Source of the DNA: Pelagomonas calceolata
Lineage: Eukaryota
Direction of reading: 5' to 3'
NCBI GenBank assembly: GCA_918797485.1
Contig: CAKKNE010000006.1
Location: forward strand, 2,294,001 to 2,358,000
Length of the DNA: 64,000 bases
Position 1 is the stretch's first letter, and the number at the start of each line of letters is the position of its first letter. The notes under the pieces are model-generated. The model saw nothing but the letters and a program-made list of their open reading frames with translations. It was not told where the DNA came from and did no database searches. Of this stretch, positions 28,669 to 39,110 are shown piece after piece. Position numbers and translations under genes: made by a program.

Positions 28669-30963
28669 ATGCCGCAGCTCCCGGACATAGCACCACAGCA
28701 GGCCCAGCGCCTCAACGCCGGCCCGCGCCACGCGCGCGGGTCCGCGTTCTCGAACCACAATTATAACAGATTGTATCGCGACAACACGCTGACGGCGGAG
28801 ACGCGCCATTCCGGGCGGAGGGACAAGGTTGCTGAAGAAAGAGAATTACGAAGAAAGAAGGCCCGGCAAGAACAGGAAAGACGGACAGAAAAACGCCTCA
28901 AGACGCTGGAGCGGCGCATGCGCGACGAGGCGAAGCGCATCGCGGCCATGGAGCGCGAACTCAAGGAGCTGCCGAAACTGAAAAAGACGCGGCAGCAGCT
29001 CGCCCGCGAGTGGGCTCATATGGAGGATTCTCCTAGAACGTCTCGCAGTGCCGAGACGGGGCGCGACGAGGTGTCGTCCTCACCTAGATCGGAGAGCGCG
29101 CCCGCGCGGTCGTCGCCCTTGCCGGACATCGACAGCGCGGCTATAACAGTGCAGCGGGCCGCGCGGAATCGACGGGAGAGCCGGGCTGCCGTCAAGATGC
29201 AGGCTCATCAACGACGTCGACGGGCGTCTTTGGAAGTAGACGAGAGGCGCCGCGTCTCCTACAAACGAAGGCAGAGCGTTTTGTCAGTCGCGGCGACGTC
29301 CGCTTTAGCATGTGCGAGGGACGCGGCGCGGACTTGTGTGCTGTATCGTGATAGTGCGTTACGAGCCTGTCGCATGGTGAAAGCCAGACGGGCCTACGAC
29401 GCCATCTATTTATTACAGCGCTTCGCGCGCTACGTCGGGGGGCAAGCTGCTTTAGCACTCGCGGCCGAGGTCGTGCTGTTTAAGCAGCGGCGGCTCTGTA
29501 AACGAGTTGAAAGGTTACATGGGACGCGGCAGAAGCGACGAGCTGAACGGGAAGCTACCGACAGACTCGCGATCTCCATCCAGAACGCTTCTAGAAGACG
29601 AAAAGCGCGGCAGGAATATCAAAGGCGCTGCGAGCGGCGCAACGAAGTGCTGAAGGCCATGGCGGCCTTCCTCGCTCATACTTTGCAAAAGCATTGTCGG
29701 AGGCGGGCCGCGCGGCGACGCGCTCATCTGATGAGGCAGCGCTGGAGAGGTAGAAGAAAGCTCGTCTCGCTCGACCTGACCGACGTGAGGAAGGCCGTTT
29801 TGAAGCCGGCGAAGCTCGAGGAGGCCTACGGCGCGGCCTGGGCCGCGCTGGGTATCGATGGGGCTTTGCTCGCCGACCCGGAGCTCGACGAGGAGGACCT
29901 GCAGGAGCTGGGCGTGGCCGTGCGGCTTCATAGAAGACGCCTTCTGAAAGACGTCGCTAGGCTGCGGGCCCAGGGCGTCCCCGAGGACGTGCTCGAGCCG
30001 ACGCCGCGGGAGGAGCCGGCGGCGCCCGCCGAGCCGCTGCCGCAGCGGACGCGCGCCGTGCCGCGGTCCGTCGCGGCGGCGCGCGCCGCCGAGGAGGCCG
30101 CCGCGGCGCCCGCCGTGGTGCCCGCCGCCGCGCCCCGGCGGACCGCCGCGGCCTTCGTGCCCAAGCAGGCCAAGCAGCCGGCCCCGAAGGCCGCCGCGCC
30201 GGCGGCGAAGGCGGCGAAGGCCGCGCCCCGGGTCGCCGGCGTCGGCGCCGACGGACGACGCGTGGCCAAGGCCAAGCCGACGAAGGCCGCCGCGAGCAAG
30301 CGCGCGGCGCCGCAGCCGGCCTCGAAGGCGCCGGCGAAGGCGCCGGCGAAGCGCGCCGCCGCGGCGCGGCAACCGAAGGCCGCCGCGCCGAAGCGCGCCG
30401 AGCCCAAGCCCCAGCGCCGCCCGGCGCCCGCGCCGGCGCCGAAGCCGTCGCCCGCACGGCGGCCGCTCGCCGACGCCGCGAATTCCGCCGACAAGCGCGC
30501 GAATGGCCGCGACGCCGAGGTCGCCGCCGCGCGGCGCCGCGCCGCGGAACGCAAAAAGCGCGGGGCCCAGCCCCAGGCCCAGATGTCAAAGACGACGATC
30601 CCCGCCGAGCGCAAGCGCGTCGAACCGAAGGCGTCCGTCTTCGCGGCCGCGGACGACGCGTCGGATTCGGAGGATGCCCTCGAGGGCGTCAAGGCCGCGA
30701 CGTACCCCCGCGCGTCCTTCGCGTCGCCGTCCGTCTTCGAGGAGCGCGGCGACGACGAGTCCCCCGACGACTCGGCCAATTTCTTCTCCAACGAAGACTC
30801 GTCGGACTCGGGCGACAGGCCCGTCCGCATGTCCGGGTCGCTGCCGGACATCCCCGCCGAGACGCTCTTCAAGGGCTCGGTGTTGGAAGATGACGGCTTC
30901 TTCGACGAGGACGACTTCGAGGACGTTGGAAATGGAGAGGACGTGGCGGACCTCTTCGCGTAA
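28669..30963 (+). CDS. IQ-motif, coiled-coil and SAM-domain protein with Ala/Lys/Pro-rich tail
   Basis: AAITVQRAAR and AVKMQAHQR IQ-like motifs; GIDGALLA...EEDLQELGV...HRRRLL SAM domain. Confidence 0.72.
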   Translation: MPQLPDIAPQQAQRLNAGPRHARGSAFSNHNYNRLYRDNTLTAETRHSGRRDKVAEERELRRKKARQEQERRTEKRLKTLERRMRDEAKRIAAMERELKELPKLKKTRQQLAREWAHMEDSPRTSRSAETGRDEVSSSPRSESAPARSSPLPDIDSAAITVQRAARNRRESRAAVKMQAHQRRRRASLEVDERRRVSYKRRQSVLSVAATSALACARDAARTCVLYRDSALRACRMVKARRAYDAIYLLQRFARYVGGQAALALAAEVVLFKQRRLCKRVERLHGTRQKRRAEREATDRLAISIQNASRRRKARQEYQRRCERRNEVLKAMAAFLAHTLQKHCRRRAARRRAHLMRQRWRGRRKLVSLDLTDVRKAVLKPAKLEEAYGAAWAALGIDGALLADPELDEEDLQELGVAVRLHRRRLLKDVARLRAQGVPEDVLEPTPREEPAAPAEPLPQRTRAVPRSVAAARAAEEAAAAPAVVPAAAPRRTAAAFVPKQAKQPAPKAAAPAAKAAKAAPRVAGVGADGRRVAKAKPTKAAASKRAAPQPASKAPAKAPAKRAAAARQPKAAAPKRAEPKPQRRPAPAPAPKPSPARRPLADAANSADKRANGRDAEVAAARRRAAERKKRGAQPQAQMSKTTIPAERKRVEPKASVFAAADDASDSEDALEGVKAATYPRASFASPSVFEERGDDESPDDSANFFSNEDSSDSGDRPVRMSGSLPDIPAETLFKGSVLEDDGFFDEDDFEDVGNGEDVADLFA

Positions 30964-31301
30964 AGTATTTTCCACTAGTGCCTTGCTTCAAGTTAGAGCC
31001 GACGCGGGGTCCGCGTGACCGGCGTACGCCCGGGCAGTGCCCGGGCCGCCCGGCGCCCGGCGCGGCCACGTGCGCGGCCCCAGCCTTCATACTTGCCCTC
31101 ATGTCGCCGTCGCCCCGAGTGGTAGCTCGGAGGACACCGGAATACCAGGACCGCGCCGCCGGTGAGCCGCGGGGTGCGGATCGGGAGCGGCACCTTACCC
31201 GGAGACTATTTTTCCACTAATTTATGTGCGCGCAGGGCCCGGTCGAGCGACTGAGGGGGGTAGGAAAGCCATGCGCGCGGGGAAGGGGAAGTTGTCGACC
31301 G

Positions 31302-33074
31302 TCAGCCGACGATCGAGAGGTGCTCGGCCTTGAGCGCGAGCGAGGTCTCGGGCAGCTCGTCCGTCGCCTCCAGCGTGACCTCGAAGCGCTTCTTGGCCGG
31401 CAGCCACCGCGCGACGGCGCCCGCGCGGCCGTTGTGCTGCGGCTTGCTCACGAGGCCGCCGACGCGCACGGCGTCGCCGGCCGCGAAGGGCGGCGCGTCG
31501 CCGGACCGACAGGCTTTGAACGCGTTCCGCTTCGGCGCGTCCTTCTTGCCTATTACGACGTCGACGTCGAAGGCTTGTTTCAGGTCGTCCCGCAGCGCCT
31601 CGGCGACGGTTTCCAGGTCCGAATGGAACTCGATGCTGCGCGGTCTTCTCGGAGGCCCGGCCATACACCGCGCCTCGTCCGACGCGCCGGCCATGGCCTC
31701 GACGAGCGTTTGCCGCACGGTTGCGGCATCTGAGAGATCAACGGAGGCCTTGGCGAGGACCGCCCCGGCGTAGGCCGACGAGTCGCCGACGTCGACGACG
31801 CAGGCCGCGCCGTCGACAGAAGCGACGGCCCAGAGCGACACCTTGCCCTGTTCCCTTTCTAATGAGTTGACGAAGGCGTCGTCGGCAGCATGCGGCTCGC
31901 CCGGCACGAGCTTGCGGAAGCCGTCAAGATATCTATGTTTGTGCTCGTCGCCCGCATCAATACCGGCGGAACAAGCACACAGCGCCGCGGCGCCCCGCCG
32001 GAAGGCCTGGACCTCGCAGTCCCGGTGGCGCGTCTCGAGGCGTTTCCGCTCGTCGGCCTTGCACGCGCCGTGGCACCTTTCTAAGCATCCCAGGGCCTGG
32101 CCGATGGACTTCGCTAATATTACTTTTGCCACCTTCTCCTCGAGGCCCCACCAGTAGGTCGCCAAATGCGTGGACGGTGCCTTGCTACCGGGCGCGCCGA
32201 CGCGCTGCGGCGCATACCCGGGCACGGACACCTCCCACTGCGACGTTTGGGCTAGTAAAGCGTCATCATCAAGAAATGACGAGGCCTTGTCGTCCTTGTC
32301 CGGTCCTAGCCTTCCGAGAGGTCTCCGGCCCGTCGCCGACTTCGCGTGAGCCGCGGCGTGCAGCTCGCCCAGGAAGACCTCGACCTCGGCGCGGACGAGC
32401 CAGGCCTCGCCCCAGGCCGGCCGCACGACTTCGGGAGAGCCGCGCTCGGCCGCCACGGCTCGGATGCACGCGTGCGCATATAAAGCGAGGCATAAAGACG
32501 CGGCCTGGGGGAATTTGCGCAACGCCACGGTGTAGCACTTGAGGACGATATGTAACGGTTGCCCGCCGTCCTCGAACATCTTGTTGTACGCCACTAAATC
32601 GAATTCCAGGGGTCTCGCGCGGAGAGCGGCCCTCGCGAGCCAGAGTGTTGCTCTTGAAACCAAGACTAAAGCAGCCGGTCGGCCGTCCGCACCACAAGGA
32701 GTGTCAAGTAAAGCCATGCCTCGCAACGCGGCCATGCAGGCCGCCTCCCGGTCGCTAAAGTCGTCCTGCCGGATCTCCGGCTCTGTTAAGCCTTGCGTCG
32801 CTCTGAGATAAGCCTCTTTTTTGGCCTGGGGCGACGCGTCATCTTTCCCGGCACCCAACAGCAAGTAGTAGAGGTCCCAGCAGATCGTCTTCGCGAGGGG
32901 CCCCGGCGCCCTACTAATCGCCACCTCCTCCTTGACGTCGGCGTTTTTGGCCAGGCAGTCGCGGCAGCGGCGCGTCGCCTTCGCGGCGAACTGCTTCTTC
33001 GAGTAGCAGGACGCGTCCTTCTCGAGGCCGCAGGCGCCGCAGGCCTTGGTGGGCGGCTTCGGGGGCTGGCACAT
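31302..33074 (-). CDS. Hypothetical protein with N-terminal Stc1-like zinc finger and C-terminal SH3-like module
   Basis: CGACGLEKDASCYSKKQF...CRDC; VRVGGLVSKPQHNGRAG. Confidence 0.65.
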   Translation of the reverse strand: MCQPPKPPTKACGACGLEKDASCYSKKQFAAKATRRCRDCLAKNADVKEEVAISRAPGPLAKTICWDLYYLLLGAGKDDASPQAKKEAYLRATQGLTEPEIRQDDFSDREAACMAALRGMALLDTPCGADGRPAALVLVSRATLWLARAALRARPLEFDLVAYNKMFEDGGQPLHIVLKCYTVALRKFPQAASLCLALYAHACIRAVAAERGSPEVVRPAWGEAWLVRAEVEVFLGELHAAAHAKSATGRRPLGRLGPDKDDKASSFLDDDALLAQTSQWEVSVPGYAPQRVGAPGSKAPSTHLATYWWGLEEKVAKVILAKSIGQALGCLERCHGACKADERKRLETRHRDCEVQAFRRGAAALCACSAGIDAGDEHKHRYLDGFRKLVPGEPHAADDAFVNSLEREQGKVSLWAVASVDGAACVVDVGDSSAYAGAVLAKASVDLSDAATVRQTLVEAMAGASDEARCMAGPPRRPRSIEFHSDLETVAEALRDDLKQAFDVDVVIGKKDAPKRNAFKACRSGDAPPFAAGDAVRVGGLVSKPQHNGRAGAVARWLPAKKRFEVTLEATDELPETSLALKAEHLSIVG

Positions 33075-33578
33075 CGCTGCGTCTGGGCTCGCCTTCGTCG
33101 TACGATCTCCCTTGAGCTGCTGTGCTCGCTGCGTGTCGCCGTACGCGCGCTTCGAGCTCCAAATCTCTCCCTAAGCTGTGGGGCACGTCACACCAAAATT
33201 TATCGAGCGATGCCGCGAGTCTGCTGTGCTGCTGGCGGTGTAGTGAGCTCCTGCGCTGCTGCCGTGTCTCTGGCACAGCTTATATCCGTCGATTGATGTG
33301 AGAGCTCGATGCTTATCATCCAGCTGCACGACAGCAAGCGGCACCTCTAGTGTGATCGATGCCAGTAAAAAGTACAAAGCAAGCGTCAGCAGACCTCTGG
33401 GGTCAACCAAGACCGGCCCAGGCGTCTGAGACTCCGGATGTCACCGCTCGTGACTGGGAGAGCAGCCAGCCTCTCAGCTTAAAATCGCAGCCGTGCGACC
33501 CATTCAAGCGGCGCAAGCACGCTCGCGGCAGCGCCTGAAGACCACTGAAGGAGTCCCGTGCAGCGGAGCCAGGATATC

Positions 33579-33713
33579 CCACCACCGCTCGACCTACGAG
33601 TGGTAAGAGCCAGAGGGCAGTGGGAGGAGACCAGCCTTACGCGCGAACGGGATTGAAACCACCACCACTCTCGACCTGTAGACAGCGACAGAGAGCAGTG
33701 GGAGGAAACGAGC
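33579..33713 (+). repeat. Degenerate direct repeat, two copies of about 55 bp
   Basis: ccaccacc..ctcgacct...cagagRgcagtgggaggaRac.agc at about 33579 and 33659. Confidence 0.55.
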
Positions 33714-33721
33714 TGTATTAC

Positions 33722-34495
33722 ATGCCGCTGCGCGCGACCTGGCGCCACGCGCTCCTCGTCCTCCCCACGGTCCGCTCCTGGATGTCCTCCGCCAAAACGA
33801 ACGACGGCCTCGTGACGAATCTTGTGAGAGACGGAGTAGTGGAGAAAGGCGGCGCCGTCGAGAAGGCCCTGCGGCGCCTCGACCGCAAGAACTTCGCCGG
33901 GGCCGTGGCGCCGGCGTTTGGGCGCGGCGGCGGTATTGATGACCGCACGGCTTATGCGGATGCGCCGGTCCCCATCGGGCCGCGCGCGACGATCTCGGCG
34001 CCACACATGCACGGGCGGTGCCTCGAGCTGCTGGCGCCGCCTTTATTAGCCAAGGCCCAGGCCAGGGTCTTGGATGTTGGAAGTGGGTCGGGCTACCTGA
34101 CGGCGGCCTTTGCTCTACTGGGCCCGGGCGTCGCCGCGTACGGCGTCGACCGGGACGCTGGTTTAGTTGCTTTGTCGGTGAAAAACGTCGCGAAGGACAA
34201 TCTACAAAAAGAACTGGGCGACCGCGTCCGCTTCGAGCGGCGCGACGGCTGGACAGGTTTACCTGATTATGGACCCTACGACGCGATCCACGTCGGCGCC
34301 GCGGCCGAGACGATTCCGGACGCTTTACTGGACCAGCTGGCCCGTGGCGGCCGGATGATCATACCCGTCGGCGGCGTGAACGCGGCCCAGTCGTTGGTGC
34401 AGGTCGACCGCGATGTTTCGGGAAAGCTGTCGTCGAAGACGCTCTTCGGGGTGCGATACGTCGAGCTGGTGGACGAACGCGGGTCGATGGCGTAA
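33722..34495 (+). CDS. PCMT1: Protein-L-isoaspartate O-methyltransferase
   Basis: ATISAPHMH, VLDVGSGSGYL, GPYDAIHVGAAA, LARGGRMIIPVG, VRYVEL. Confidence 0.95.
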   Translation: MPLRATWRHALLVLPTVRSWMSSAKTNDGLVTNLVRDGVVEKGGAVEKALRRLDRKNFAGAVAPAFGRGGGIDDRTAYADAPVPIGPRATISAPHMHGRCLELLAPPLLAKAQARVLDVGSGSGYLTAAFALLGPGVAAYGVDRDAGLVALSVKNVAKDNLQKELGDRVRFERRDGWTGLPDYGPYDAIHVGAAAETIPDALLDQLARGGRMIIPVGGVNAAQSLVQVDRDVSGKLSSKTLFGVRYVELVDERGSMA

Positions 34496-34609
34496 GGCCC
34501 TTTTTGTGTGATTTCTTATCGCGTCGACGGCGTAGGGGAGACGCAGTGTGAGAGTCGTGTCGCGAGCGTCGACCGTGACGGCGTTGGGGGGCAGAATACG
34601 ATAGAAACC

Positions 34610-37600
34610 TTACGGTGGCTCGTCCATCACGCGCACGGAATCCGGCGCCCGCGCCTCGTCGCGCCGCGCGACCAAATAGATCGATTCCAAGTGCTTTTCA
34701 TAGTCCGGCGCCGGCGCCGGCGCCCCGACACAAGCCTCCTCGTCGAACTCCTCGAGCTGGTCGCCGCCCAAAAAGACGGCTTCGATCGGTGGCGGAGTTT
34801 GCGCTGGTGGTGGACTCTCGGACGGCGCCGCCACTTCGATGCCCCGCAACGCGTCGGACACGCAGGACACCTCGAACGCGAAGGTCCGCTTCGTCGCGTC
34901 GGCGCGCATGCGCTCGCGCTCGTCACCCAGCAGCTCGTCGAGCGGCTCACTTAACAACTCGAAGCCCTCATCATTTTCAAAGGCCGCCTTCGCGCTTGGC
35001 GTCTGCGCGAGGCAGTAGGCCGCGCCGAGTAATCTCTCAACAATCGCCTCACCCGTGTGCTCGACGTCGCGCGCTCTGTTCACCCCTTCTAGTAATAAGT
35101 GGATCGCCTGGATCGGCTCATTCACTTCCGAAGCGTGGTCCGCCAGCGAATTCACCAGAGATGCGGACAAAGCCGCCGCGACGACGCCGTCCACAGATCG
35201 GACCCGCTCGATCAACTTTCCTGCTTCACCAGCGACGCGCTTCGCAATGGCGTCCTCTAATGTCAACCTCTGCAGCGCGACGGCGGCGTAGGCCGTCTGC
35301 GCACTCGTCGCCTCCTTCATAATTAATGAAAGTAGCGCGTCGACGAGATCTCCATCAAACTTGGCGGCAGCCTTCTTCGGGCTGGCCTTCTTCGGGGCGG
35401 TCCTCTTGGGATGCCTCTTCCGCCACGCCGCCTGGATCTCCCGCACCGCCTCGTCCTGCTCCTCCTCCTCGGAGTCCTCGAAGAACCTAGCGCCAAACGC
35501 CTTTGCTGCTTTTCGAGCTTGTTGCTTCTGTCTCCAGGCCGCCTGGATGATCTCCGCGCACTCCTCCATCTCCTCCTCCTCTTCACTATCTTCGCACTCG
35601 TACGGGACGAAGGGCTTGGCCTCACTCGCGACGCCCAGGAGCAGGTACTGGCGGCCTTCTGCATGGGCCGCGATGCGCGCAGTGAGACACGTTATGAGTC
35701 TTCCACAAACATCTAATGACGATAGTCTTGCTACGAGCTTGCCATTCATCACACCTAAAATATCTTCCCGTATCAGGACTTGGAGCGTGGCCGCCGTCCG
35801 CAGATCTCCCGCGTCGGCGTCCGGCATGCGACCACACAAAGCAGCTAAGACTTCAGGCGTGTCCACACTCGCTCTTAGTTTAGGTCCATCGAGAGGCGGC
35901 GGGAGCCACAACGCCAGAGCTTTTTTAGCACCTTTGGAATCGACGTCGGGTACATTCGTCTCCACATCAGAAAAAGCGCCGTGCTCCCGCAGCGCCTTCT
36001 GGATGTCATTTAACCTTGTCTTCACTCTCAACAGAACGCGAGCCGGCCGCCCCTCGACGAAGTTGCCATCCTTTAGCGTCTCGTCTCCACAATCATTATC
36101 ATCATCGTCTGCCGTGGCAACCCCTCTAGCTTGCTCGACGTCGTGGACCAACCAAGCACACACGACCAACAACTCCAACGCCGCCTTTGAGACGTGGGCC
36201 TTCTCCTGTCTCGCATGCAATGTAGCATTAACAAGTCCAGTCTGCCAAGTCTCGTACGCGCGAAATAATACAAGTAATTTCGGCGGCGCGACGCGCGGCA
36301 ATTCCTTCACGAACACATCCCGTAACTCGTCGCAGGTCTTCTCCTTGAGTAGGAGCCACTGGTCGTCGCCCTCTTCGAATAGAGGTGAGAAAGTAGCATG
36401 ACTCCACGGCTTCTTTAGTTGTGACAATACGTTGTAAGTATTGTCCTTGTTCACCGCCAACAGGGCGTCCTTCAGAGCCGCATAGGATGCTCGTTCTTCC
36501 GCTCCTGAAGGGGCATCAGATTGATCATGTGCTCGGCGTCGTTTCCGACACGACCCTAGAGCAAATAGAGCGGCACAGGTGACGCGTAGCCGCGCCAACG
36601 CTTGCTGATGCTGTGCGCGTATAGGTACATGCCGCAACCATCTTTTTTCAAAGGTCGCCCGGCGTTCCCCGCGCAGGCACTCGATGAGCGAGTCGGCGGC
36701 TGTATTGGCGTACTTTTGCGCCTCCCCCGCACCCAAGAACGCAGCCACCGGGGGAGGCTGTCGACCCGGACATAGTCGCTCCGCCCTTAATGCATCTTGG
36801 GCGGCCCCGAAGCCCGCAAACGCCAGCAACTCGTCGACGAGGTCCCAGACCCGATCCAACATCCGCGCGGCGCCTATGGAAGGATCTTCCTGATCGTCCA
36901 ACAATTTGGCGGCCAACTCCCGCAATGATCCCGCCGCCGCGGCGTCGTTGGCGCTCATCTCCGCGATGCTGGCTCGGTGCTCGGCATGTGCTTCAGAAGC
37001 TTTGGCCTTGTCCTTTTCGCTCTGCAAGGACGCTTGTTTTGCCGAGGACGCATCTAATTTAAAGCGCATGGCCGTCTCGCCGCGTTTCGCTAGACTAACT
37101 TCGGCGTCGCAGGCCGACTGGGCCGCTCGGACGGCGTCGTCCCTCTGTTGATTGGCCTCTTCGATGCGAACAGCAGCACTCCGCGCCGCTTCCTCCAACG
37201 AGTCCTGGTTCGCTTTTCTGGAAGCGAGCTCCTCCTCCGCTTTCTGCGTGCGTTCGCGACACTCCACTAACTCTGCATTATTATTGGCTATTGTATTCTT
37301 CAATGAATCCCGCTCACTGATCAGCGCGTCGCGCTCGGCCAGGGCCTGCTCCGCGTCCCTCGCTTTACGTTCCGCTTTGTCCTGCTCCACGCTCAGCTCT
37401 ATTAGTTTCTTCTCACTCTCCTCTTGCGCGGCGACAGCTCGCGCCTCGGCAGCCTTGGCCTCGTCCCGATAGACCACGGACTTGTTCTGTTCCCGCTGCA
37501 ACGCATCGCGCAACTGCTTGATCTCCCTCCGCAACTTGCGCTGCGCGTCCTCCTCATCGATTAATTGGTCTCGTAATTGGTCTCTTTGATGGACCAATCG

Positions 37601-37861
37601 ATCACAATCATCTCTCAGTGAATTCTCCCGCTGACTAAATGATTCTTGCGACGTCTTCAGGTCCGCGACGCGCCTTCGGTCGAGCTGTTCGTATCTACGC
37701 GAGCCTTCTAGGGCCGTGTCGCGGGACTTTCTGGCGCGCTGCGTCTTGCTGCGCTCCTTGCCGAGCTCTTCGACGAGCTCATCGGCTTCCACTCCTCTCG
37801 GAGTAGTATCTTCTTCTCGCTTGTGGAGCGCCTTGCGCATCGTGACCATACGCTTAAACAT
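34610..37861 (-). CDS. Coiled-coil, LisH and ARM-like protein (ARMC9-like) with IQ motifs
   Basis: LisH-like DLVDELLAFAGFGAAQDALRAE; AEGRQYL and ALQRLTL resemble ARMC9; IIQAAWR and EIQAAWR. Confidence 0.65.
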   Translation of the reverse strand: MFKRMVTMRKALHKREEDTTPRGVEADELVEELGKERSKTQRARKSRDTALEGSRRYEQLDRRRVADLKTSQESFSQRENSLRDDCDRLVHQRDQLRDQLIDEEDAQRKLRREIKQLRDALQREQNKSVVYRDEAKAAEARAVAAQEESEKKLIELSVEQDKAERKARDAEQALAERDALISERDSLKNTIANNNAELVECRERTQKAEEELASRKANQDSLEEAARSAAVRIEEANQQRDDAVRAAQSACDAEVSLAKRGETAMRFKLDASSAKQASLQSEKDKAKASEAHAEHRASIAEMSANDAAAAGSLRELAAKLLDDQEDPSIGAARMLDRVWDLVDELLAFAGFGAAQDALRAERLCPGRQPPPVAAFLGAGEAQKYANTAADSLIECLRGERRATFEKRWLRHVPIRAQHQQALARLRVTCAALFALGSCRKRRRAHDQSDAPSGAEERASYAALKDALLAVNKDNTYNVLSQLKKPWSHATFSPLFEEGDDQWLLLKEKTCDELRDVFVKELPRVAPPKLLVLFRAYETWQTGLVNATLHARQEKAHVSKAALELLVVCAWLVHDVEQARGVATADDDDNDCGDETLKDGNFVEGRPARVLLRVKTRLNDIQKALREHGAFSDVETNVPDVDSKGAKKALALWLPPPLDGPKLRASVDTPEVLAALCGRMPDADAGDLRTAATLQVLIREDILGVMNGKLVARLSSLDVCGRLITCLTARIAAHAEGRQYLLLGVASEAKPFVPYECEDSEEEEEMEECAEIIQAAWRQKQQARKAAKAFGARFFEDSEEEEQDEAVREIQAAWRKRHPKRTAPKKASPKKAAAKFDGDLVDALLSLIMKEATSAQTAYAAVALQRLTLEDAIAKRVAGEAGKLIERVRSVDGVVAAALSASLVNSLADHASEVNEPIQAIHLLLEGVNRARDVEHTGEAIVERLLGAAYCLAQTPSAKAAFENDEGFELLSEPLDELLGDERERMRADATKRTFAFEVSCVSDALRGIEVAAPSESPPPAQTPPPIEAVFLGGDQLEEFDEEACVGAPAPAPDYEKHLESIYLVARRDEARAPDSVRVMDEPP

Positions 37862-38191
37862 CTTGCCCTACCAATGGGCTGCCTGCTCTTATTGGTGTTT
37901 ACTGCGTCGTGCGCCGAGGAAAGGCTGCCCCCTCGGTGCAGAGGTGCGCCTCGAGGCCGCGGCGACGGCTCGCGCGCTGGCAAACGACGAATGCGGCGCA
38001 CAACGGCGCGTAAGCCAGCGCCCGGTGCACGATTTTGAGCTAGCGTGCGGGTCGCGGCGGCGAGGGCTCGGCGGTGACCTTGAGCGCCCCAAGAGCCGTA
38101 CTCGCCCGCCCGGACCCCTCCGAGCACCATCTCGGCGACGCAAACCACGCCCGCGCGAGGATCGACGCGATAGACTTGAGCTACTTACACA

Positions 38192-38887
38192 CTAATCGGC
38201 TTTGCCCGACGGCGTCCAGTTCCGGAACCGCGCGTTCTCGACGGCCTGCCTGGCAGCACACAACCCGATACCGACGACGGGGAAGATGATCCGCGACGCC
38301 ATGCCGACATTTTCGTAGTGCAGCGAGTACCAGACGCCGAAGGACGCCGAGACGAAATTTGATAAAGTCATCCAGGGGAACAGCAACAGGTGCAAGGTCC
38401 GGTTTTTCGGAAACTGCGACTGCAGACCAAAGACCGCGGAGCCCAGCTCTAGCGACGTGACGCAGGCACAAAATAAAGCGGATACGTCTGAAGGGTAGCC
38501 ACACAATGAAGCCAACACAAGCCCGAGGCAGACGACGTGGTGCGCCAATAGTACTGGAGTTATGGGTAAAGTTAAATCTTTTACGAGGTACCCGAAGAAC
38601 GCGTGGTGGAACATTCGGTGAAAGTAGTACACATTGCCATACGACCGGAGCCACTCCGTCAGAGGACCGCCGTGCTCCGCGACGCACAAGCCACATAAAA
38701 CGGGAAACACCAGAAATTGGTGCGTGACCCCGTTCCACCAGCTGAAGCGCGGGCTCCCGGCGATGACTTCTTGCGAGCGCTTGGAGCCGAAGCGCTTGAA
38801 GAGCTCGTTTATTATGAGGCCGCCCGCCGTCCACGTTAAGCAGCCTTGTCCGTGGAGCTGCCACCACTGCGTTTGGAGGAACGCCAT
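38192..38887 (-). CDS. TLC-domain membrane protein
   Basis: Multiple TM helices; FFGYLVKDL, LLAHHVV, LELGS. Confidence 0.7.
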   Translation of the reverse strand: MAFLQTQWWQLHGQGCLTWTAGGLIINELFKRFGSKRSQEVIAGSPRFSWWNGVTHQFLVFPVLCGLCVAEHGGPLTEWLRSYGNVYYFHRMFHHAFFGYLVKDLTLPITPVLLAHHVVCLGLVLASLCGYPSDVSALFCACVTSLELGSAVFGLQSQFPKNRTLHLLLFPWMTLSNFVSASFGVWYSLHYENVGMASRIIFPVVGIGLCAARQAVENARFRNWTPSGKAD

Positions 38888-39005
38888 GCCTTATCGGTGG
38901 CGGCGGCGCTGCGAGGACAACGGCAGGGCAGCGAAAACAGCACGGGAGCGCGTAGCCTTGCCGTAGCGAGTCGACGCAGCAAATTTGCAAGTTATGGTAT
39001 CCGCC

Positions 39006-39026
39006 TTAGCGGCAGTAAGATACTAG
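39006..39026 (+). promoter_or_regulatory. Variant motif TTAGCG-N9-TACTAG
   Basis: TTAGCGGCAGTAAGATACTAG, between divergent genes. Confidence 0.5.
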
Positions 39027-39110
39027 CCCGCTCTCCCGATCGCATCGCACAGCTCCCTAGCCCCCAAATCGCTGCCCAAACGAGGGCGTCGTGCTACAGC
39101 TGCCCCCAGG

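Noticed and set aside
29515..30872. Long antisense and alternative-frame ORFs here and elsewhere (for example 47317-48348, 54486-55604, 35361-36401)
   Set aside because: Shadow ORFs expected in GC-rich DNA opposite well-supported genes; low-complexity Arg/Ala/Ser translations
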